Assembly: GCA_964351225.1 (NCBI GenBank)
Contig: CAYGNG010000007.1
Span: forward strand, 2,590-66,589
DNA: 64,000 nucleotides
Source of the DNA: an uncultured Gammaproteobacteria bacterium
GTDB taxonomy: Bacteria; Pseudomonadota; Gammaproteobacteria; CAYGNG01
Reading direction: 5' to 3'
The notes under the pieces are model-generated. The model had not been told where the DNA came from. It ran no database searches and saw only the letters and a program-made list of their open reading frames with translations. Every line of letters starts with the position of its first letter. The stretch's first letter is position 1. The translations under genes and the position numbers were made by a program. Below are positions 59,655-64,000 of the stretch, piece by piece.

Positions 59655-61517
59655 CTAGCGGTTACTCAATCCGAAGCACAAGCATCTTATCGTTGGCTCA
59701 GAAACCATTTCTTTTAAGTCCGCAAAAACAGCGGCAAGCTGTCGATAAAACGCGGGTTCAACTTGGGCTTCTGCAAAAAAAGAACAACCCAGCGGCCTGC
59801 ACCCCACATTTTTTTTAACGATCCGCAACACACGCGCTATGTCAGTATTGAGTGCACTGGGATAAGTAATATGAGGCTGTGGCGCTTCACAATAGGAAAA
59901 AGGCATACTCAAAACCCGTGAAATGATTTTATGAATCTCCATTAAGTGTGCCGGAATTTTGAAATGGCGCTGCCTTTCAATCGCCATTTTTATTTTACTC
60001 AAGTGACTTAAATGCTCTGCCAACAGACTGATGGCCGAAGCAACTTGGTTGATCTGGGCCATCACCGTCAAACACGAAGTGGTATTTAGAAAATCCTCCG
60101 TGATCTCGATATCGGCAATGGTATCTAACCCCAAGGAAAGCCCAATCTCTGCAATTTTATTGGCAAATAGCAATCGATTGTTGCTATCTAACCACTCTTG
60201 TACACTCCACATCCGCATAATCAACGGCCATAGCTTATCAAAATATACGGCGTACCGCCCTCGCGTATTCAAAAAACTCAACAAAATACTCCCGAATAAA
60301 TTAAGGCGATCGTGCGTCAAACCGTTAAAATAAAAATCCCTATTTAATTTTTTTAAAAGAACCGCATCATCCGCATACCCTGTCTCAGGGGCTTCATCGT
60401 CTAAAAACTGTAAAAAACGACCATCCTCATGCTTTGCAATAACCGTCTCAGCCAACACCCAGGCTTTTTCATTCCAGTCCAATCCGGCATAGCACCTGTT
60501 ATTCGGATCGAACTTTTTTCGCAACAACCGGCGCGCATACTTTGATGTCACGGGGTCCTCTGCCGGTTCATCCTCTGCCGGTTCATCCTCTGCCGGTTCA
60601 TCCTCTGCCGGTTCATCCTCTGCCGGTTCCTCCTCGGCTATATCAACGGCTCCTTTTAATTGCTGCAACAGAAACTTTAAAATAGGCGCGTAATAATGAT
60701 AATTCGCCACGAATAAATCAGCAGTTACCGCCGCTTGCAGACCGGCACCCTGTGGATCTCGCAAAGCCGCTGCAACGCTTTGGGTTAATGTTCTTTGAAA
60801 AGTACAATTTGGAGCGTACAAGCCAGCCCTTCGTTCCGGCTCGAAAATCACTGGAGTCGCTTCAGCAGGTGGTTCTAAGTTAAAACGTTGCTGTATTTGG
60901 GCCAACAGGGTGAGAAAAGCCTCTGTATTAAGAAAATCCAGACTGTCGTGCCCCGTCATGCGATCCATATCAAGTGCGGTCGCAAGCGATGTGATCCAAT
61001 TCATGAAAAGCCGCTGGTTATGCGCATCTAACCGAGCTCGCACACCCCAAAGGCGCAGCAACAAAGGCCAGAAATGGTTAAAAAAAACTGGATTTCGGCT
61101 GGCCTCAATGACAATTTGCGCGAATTTGTTTAGTGTGTGAGATGGCAGCAAAACGAAAATGTTTTCACGATTTAATTCGTGCAAAAGCACATCATCGGTT
61201 GCGTAATAATGCGCTTGCTCATTTTCTTCTTCTGGCGCTTGCAAAAAACAACCCGCCTTGGATTTTTGAATGACACTCTGAGCCAGCACAATGGCGCGCT
61301 CACCGCGGGACAGTCGATGAAAAAGACCCACCTGATTTGCCGGATCAAACAACTGAAGCACTTGGCAGCGCACGGACGCTGTTCCCACCCGCCGCGCAGA
61401 ACCAACAAGCTCATAATATAATTGATCCAGCACCAACTCTCGATAAGGATACGCCATGACGGCATTAACGGCTGTCAGAAGACCTGGGCCTGATTTCTCA
61501 TCACGCAAAAAGCACAA
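59655..61517 (-). CDS. Hypothetical protein with two internal homologous domains and an acidic repeat; probably the 3' part of a frameshifted gene
   Basis: FDP.N...VLA..VI.K...G.FLQ, LNR, WPL..R.W.V...LD..N..LF and DFLNT...LT..AQI.Q each occur twice. Confidence 0.7.
   Translation of the reverse strand: MCFLRDEKSGPGLLTAVNAVMAYPYRELVLDQLYYELVGSARRVGTASVRCQVLQLFDPANQVGLFHRLSRGERAIVLAQSVIQKSKAGCFLQAPEEENEQAHYYATDDVLLHELNRENIFVLLPSHTLNKFAQIVIEASRNPVFFNHFWPLLLRLWGVRARLDAHNQRLFMNWITSLATALDMDRMTGHDSLDFLNTEAFLTLLAQIQQRFNLEPPAEATPVIFEPERRAGLYAPNCTFQRTLTQSVAAALRDPQGAGLQAAVTADLFVANYHYYAPILKFLLQQLKGAVDIAEEEPAEDEPAEDEPAEDEPAEDEPAEDPVTSKYARRLLRKKFDPNNRCYAGLDWNEKAWVLAETVIAKHEDGRFLQFLDDEAPETGYADDAVLLKKLNRDFYFNGLTHDRLNLFGSILLSFLNTRGRYAVYFDKLWPLIMRMWSVQEWLDSNNRLLFANKIAEIGLSLGLDTIADIEITEDFLNTTSCLTVMAQINQVASAISLLAEHLSHLSKIKMAIERQRHFKIPAHLMEIHKIISRVLSMPFSYCEAPQPHITYPSALNTDIARVLRIVKKNVGCRPLGCSFFAEAQVEPAFYRQLAAVFADLKEMVSEPTIRCLCFGLSNR
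60556..60638. repeat. 15-bp tandem repeat (5 units plus a partial), encoding (AEDEP)n
   Basis: TCCTCTGCCGGTTCA x4, then TCCTCTGCCGGTTCC, then TCCTCGGC. Confidence 0.95.
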
Positions 61518-62386
61518 AGAAATGGTATCAATGGCGAATTCGCTAACGCTGGATGCCCCATGAGACTCGTCAGTTCCTGGTCCTGATCCCGATCCTTACT
61601 CCCACGTTGGATTGCCGCCATCTGCCACAGCACACTTTGGAATAACCGAGTCTCCGGCCATTCCGCATTAAAAACACCTGGCATCTCCATGGTCGTATCT
61701 TTATAGCGGTCGGCTAACCCCATCATAGCTGGCACAAAACCAAGATCCGCGGCTTCTTCACAGTACGCCAAACCACGGTGAGTAAATTTCAAGACATCCG
61801 CAGCCGTGCGGTGATGACCGAACACACCAAACCAACCGCCTTTACATTTTAGCAGCATACGGCCTAAGTTGAACTTACCCGCCGGATCACCTAACCACCC
61901 CGCGCGCTCATAACAACCCACAGCCCGTTTTTCAAGCGTATCGCTACCGATTGATTGCCGTTCACAAATAAAACCACGTAAATTAAAAATATAACCAAGC
62001 ACTGTTTTATCCGCTGCAAGCATGGTGTCTCGCCTGTTCTCAAAAAAACCTTCAAGAATCTCGATAATTTCCCAAAATTCTTGGCGCGCTATGTTCTTAA
62101 AATCACAGATAAAATCTTTTATTAGGACGACAAGATAACGCTCCATCAAGGTTAGCGAATTATCGGTTAGCGAATCGTCTTCTTCTCGGTTAGGGACGTG
62201 CGCTTCAGGTAGTACGGAAAGCAAACTGCGCTCTCCAGCAATAATCGCATCCAAATCATCCTGCCTACCCTCAGCCCGACCTTCACCATTGTACCAGGCT
62301 TGGTAAAAAGCGATTAACCCTCGCTCATTATGTCCTTCCTCAATTGCTTGTCTAGCCTCAAGCAGATAGCGGCCACCCATCAACAT
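61475..62386 (-). CDS. Sel1-like repeat protein; probably the 5' part of a frameshifted gene
   Basis: AVGCYERAGWLGDPAGKFNLGRML, GLAYCEEAADLGFVPAMMGLADRY, SVLWQMAAIQRG. Confidence 0.75.
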   Translation of the reverse strand: MLMGGRYLLEARQAIEEGHNERGLIAFYQAWYNGEGRAEGRQDDLDAIIAGERSLLSVLPEAHVPNREEDDSLTDNSLTLMERYLVVLIKDFICDFKNIARQEFWEIIEILEGFFENRRDTMLAADKTVLGYIFNLRGFICERQSIGSDTLEKRAVGCYERAGWLGDPAGKFNLGRMLLKCKGGWFGVFGHHRTAADVLKFTHRGLAYCEEAADLGFVPAMMGLADRYKDTTMEMPGVFNAEWPETRLFQSVLWQMAAIQRGSKDRDQDQELTSLMGHPALANSPLIPFLCAFCVMRNQAQVF

Positions 62387-62483
62387 AACATCTCGCTTTT
62401 ATTATTGTGATCCAACGCAAGTTTATATCACAGCTTATCAAACTGCTCAAACAGATAGCTCATATATCGAGCAGGGCATTGGT

Positions 62484-63146
62484 CTATGATTTTTCCGCAG
62501 GCGCTTTGGGGTAGTCTGGTTGTTGTTCTGGACTGGCCTGATACACCGGCGCTAACGCCAAGCAATGCTGATAAACCTCATTAATCAAGGGATAAGCCGT
62601 CATATCTACTTCAAATCGGTGGGCATTATAAACTTGTGGAATTAAACACACATCGGCAAGTGTTAGCGCAGTACCATAACAGAATTGCGACGATTGTCGT
62701 GCTTGCAATTCCGTCTCGATGGCTTTAAATCCCAATTGTAACCAATGAACATACCACGCATTTTTTGCTACTTCGGAAATATGTAATTCATTTTTTAGAT
62801 ATTTTAATATTCGCAAATTATTTAAGGGATGAACATCACAAGCAATCGTCAACGCTAATGAGCGCACTTCTGCTTGTGCTTTGGGATTATCCGGTAATAG
62901 TGCCAGGCTCGGATATGTGGCTTCCAAATATTCGATTGCCGCTAACGATTGGGTGATCCGGGTAGTGCCATCCACTAACGTTGGCACGGTATTATTAGGA
63001 TTAATTATCTGATATTCTGGTTTAAATTGTTCTCCTCCCTCATTTAATAAATGTACTGGGATAATATCGTAAGCAATTTTTTTATAGTTCAGTGCGATCC
63101 GTACTCGGTAGGAAGCGCTGGATCGGTAATAACTGTATAACTTCAT
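62484..63146 (-). CDS. maiA: Maleylacetoacetate isomerase (GST zeta)
   Basis: YYRSSASYRVRIAL, QSLAAIEYL, CDVHPLNNLR, LIPQVYNA.RF, PEQQPD. Confidence 0.93.
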   Translation of the reverse strand: MKLYSYYRSSASYRVRIALNYKKIAYDIIPVHLLNEGGEQFKPEYQIINPNNTVPTLVDGTTRITQSLAAIEYLEATYPSLALLPDNPKAQAEVRSLALTIACDVHPLNNLRILKYLKNELHISEVAKNAWYVHWLQLGFKAIETELQARQSSQFCYGTALTLADVCLIPQVYNAHRFEVDMTAYPLINEVYQHCLALAPVYQASPEQQPDYPKAPAEKS

Positions 63147-63158
63147 GGTGCCTCCCTC

Positions 63159-64000
63159 TCATACCCTTTCAAATATTCCAGCAGCACCCATTCCAGTTCC
63201 AATACACATGGTCACCATGCCGTATCGCGCTTGCCGAGCTTGTAAGCCATGGATCACGGTACAAGCACGGATAGCACCGGTGGCGCCTAATGGATGGCCT
63301 AAAGCAATGGCACCACCGAGTGGATTTACTATGGCGCCATCTAAATCCAACGCTTGACATACCGCTAAGCTTTGCGCGGCAAACGCTTCATTTAACTCGA
63401 TCCAAGCAATATCTGCCATTTGTAACTCACTGGCGTGCAACGCTTTAGGGATAGCCGCCACAGGACCAATGCCCATGTGCTCTGGCGCAACCCCTGCCAC
63501 GCGATAGGCCACGAAACGCGCCAAGGGTGTTAACTGAAAATCTTTGACGGCTTGCTCACTGGCTAACGCCACCGTCGCAGCACCATCACTCATTTGCGAG
63601 GTGTTGCCAGCGGTCACTGTCCCATCCATCTGAAATACCGGTTTGAGTTTTGCCAGCGCGCTGCCATCGGTATTGGCTCGAGGCCCTTCATCTTGGGTTA
63701 CCACATATTCCTTTCGTACAGCTGATTGCGTGGCACTAGAAAAAACCTGTTTTGTCACTTGAATTGGCGCTATCTCGTGAGAAAATGCCGCCGTGGCATT
63801 TGCTTGCAGTGCGCGGCGATGGCTTTGTAAAGCAAACTGATCTTGTGCCTCGCGAGAAATTTGCCATTGTTTGGCAACCTTTTCTGCGGTGATCCCCATC
63901 CCGAACGCGATTTGGATCTGCGCCTTTTTTTGGTTAAAAAGCGCTGGATTTGGTGATAGCTTATGCCCGCCCATTGGAACCAAAGACATACTCTCAGCGC
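63159..64000 (-). CDS. fadA: Acetyl-CoA C-acyltransferase (thiolase), 5' end beyond the window
   Basis: TAGN.SQMSDGA, ELNEAFAAQ, GGAIALGHPLGATG, MCIGTGMG; the frame continues to the window edge (..AESMS). Confidence 0.9.
   Translation of the reverse strand, partial: AESMSLVPMGGHKLSPNPALFNQKKAQIQIAFGMGITAEKVAKQWQISREAQDQFALQSHRRALQANATAAFSHEIAPIQVTKQVFSSATQSAVRKEYVVTQDEGPRANTDGSALAKLKPVFQMDGTVTAGNTSQMSDGAATVALASEQAVKDFQLTPLARFVAYRVAGVAPEHMGIGPVAAIPKALHASELQMADIAWIELNEAFAAQSLAVCQALDLDGAIVNPLGGAIALGHPLGATGAIRACTVIHGLQARQARYGMVTMCIGTGMGAAGIFERV

Noticed and set aside
59655-59690. Possible CaaX prenylation motif at the end of the duplicated-domain protein
   Set aside because: The protein ends CLCFGLSNR; no Cys is fourth from the end.
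60556-60638. CRISPR array
   Set aside because: The units are 15 bp, contiguous with no spacers, in-frame within a CDS, and no cas genes are present.
1-64000. tRNA, rRNA, integrase, transposase or prophage genes
   Set aside because: None recognised by eye in the intergenic gaps or the ORF set. tRNAscan-SE or Infernal would be needed to exclude small RNAs.

Overview
This window is chromosomal DNA from a Gammaproteobacterium. A Legionellales/Coxiellaceae-like affinity is inferred from gene order (fliA-motC-motD with no che genes, a Pht-like MFS, a stand-alone fis) and from a PmrA-type box and effector-like orphans; no tool was run to confirm it. Core content: a fused 2-oxoacid dehydrogenase E1, a flagellar export/motor operon (fliL to motD) behind a sigma-54 promoter with two FleQ-like boxes, the rne-rluC and yceD-rpmF-plsX-fab-mltG-tmk-holB-pilZ-tatD region, kdsB/tsaB/fdxA, pncAB, dapA-bamC-purC, mltD-gloB-rnhA-dnaQ, maiA and a thiolase. 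No rRNA, tRNA, CRISPR array or transposase was seen. Most notable observations: (1) a SemiSWEET gene overlapping thiamine pyrophosphokinase, a candidate thiamine uptake-and-trap module; (2) a 138-bp MITE-like element with an 8-bp target-site duplication upstream of pfkA, with pfkA bracketed by 34-bp direct repeats of the same family; (3) a near-consensus sigma-28 promoter in front of a non-flagellar membrane gene and an ankyrin-like gene with an E-block tail; (4) a PmrA-box orphan ORF missed by the ORF track; (5) two apparently dead enzymes (an SDR lacking its catalytic Tyr and a miniature CoA-transferase III) flanking E1; (6) a Sel1-repeat plus duplicated-domain gene apparently split by a 1-nt frameshift and carrying a 15-bp VNTR.
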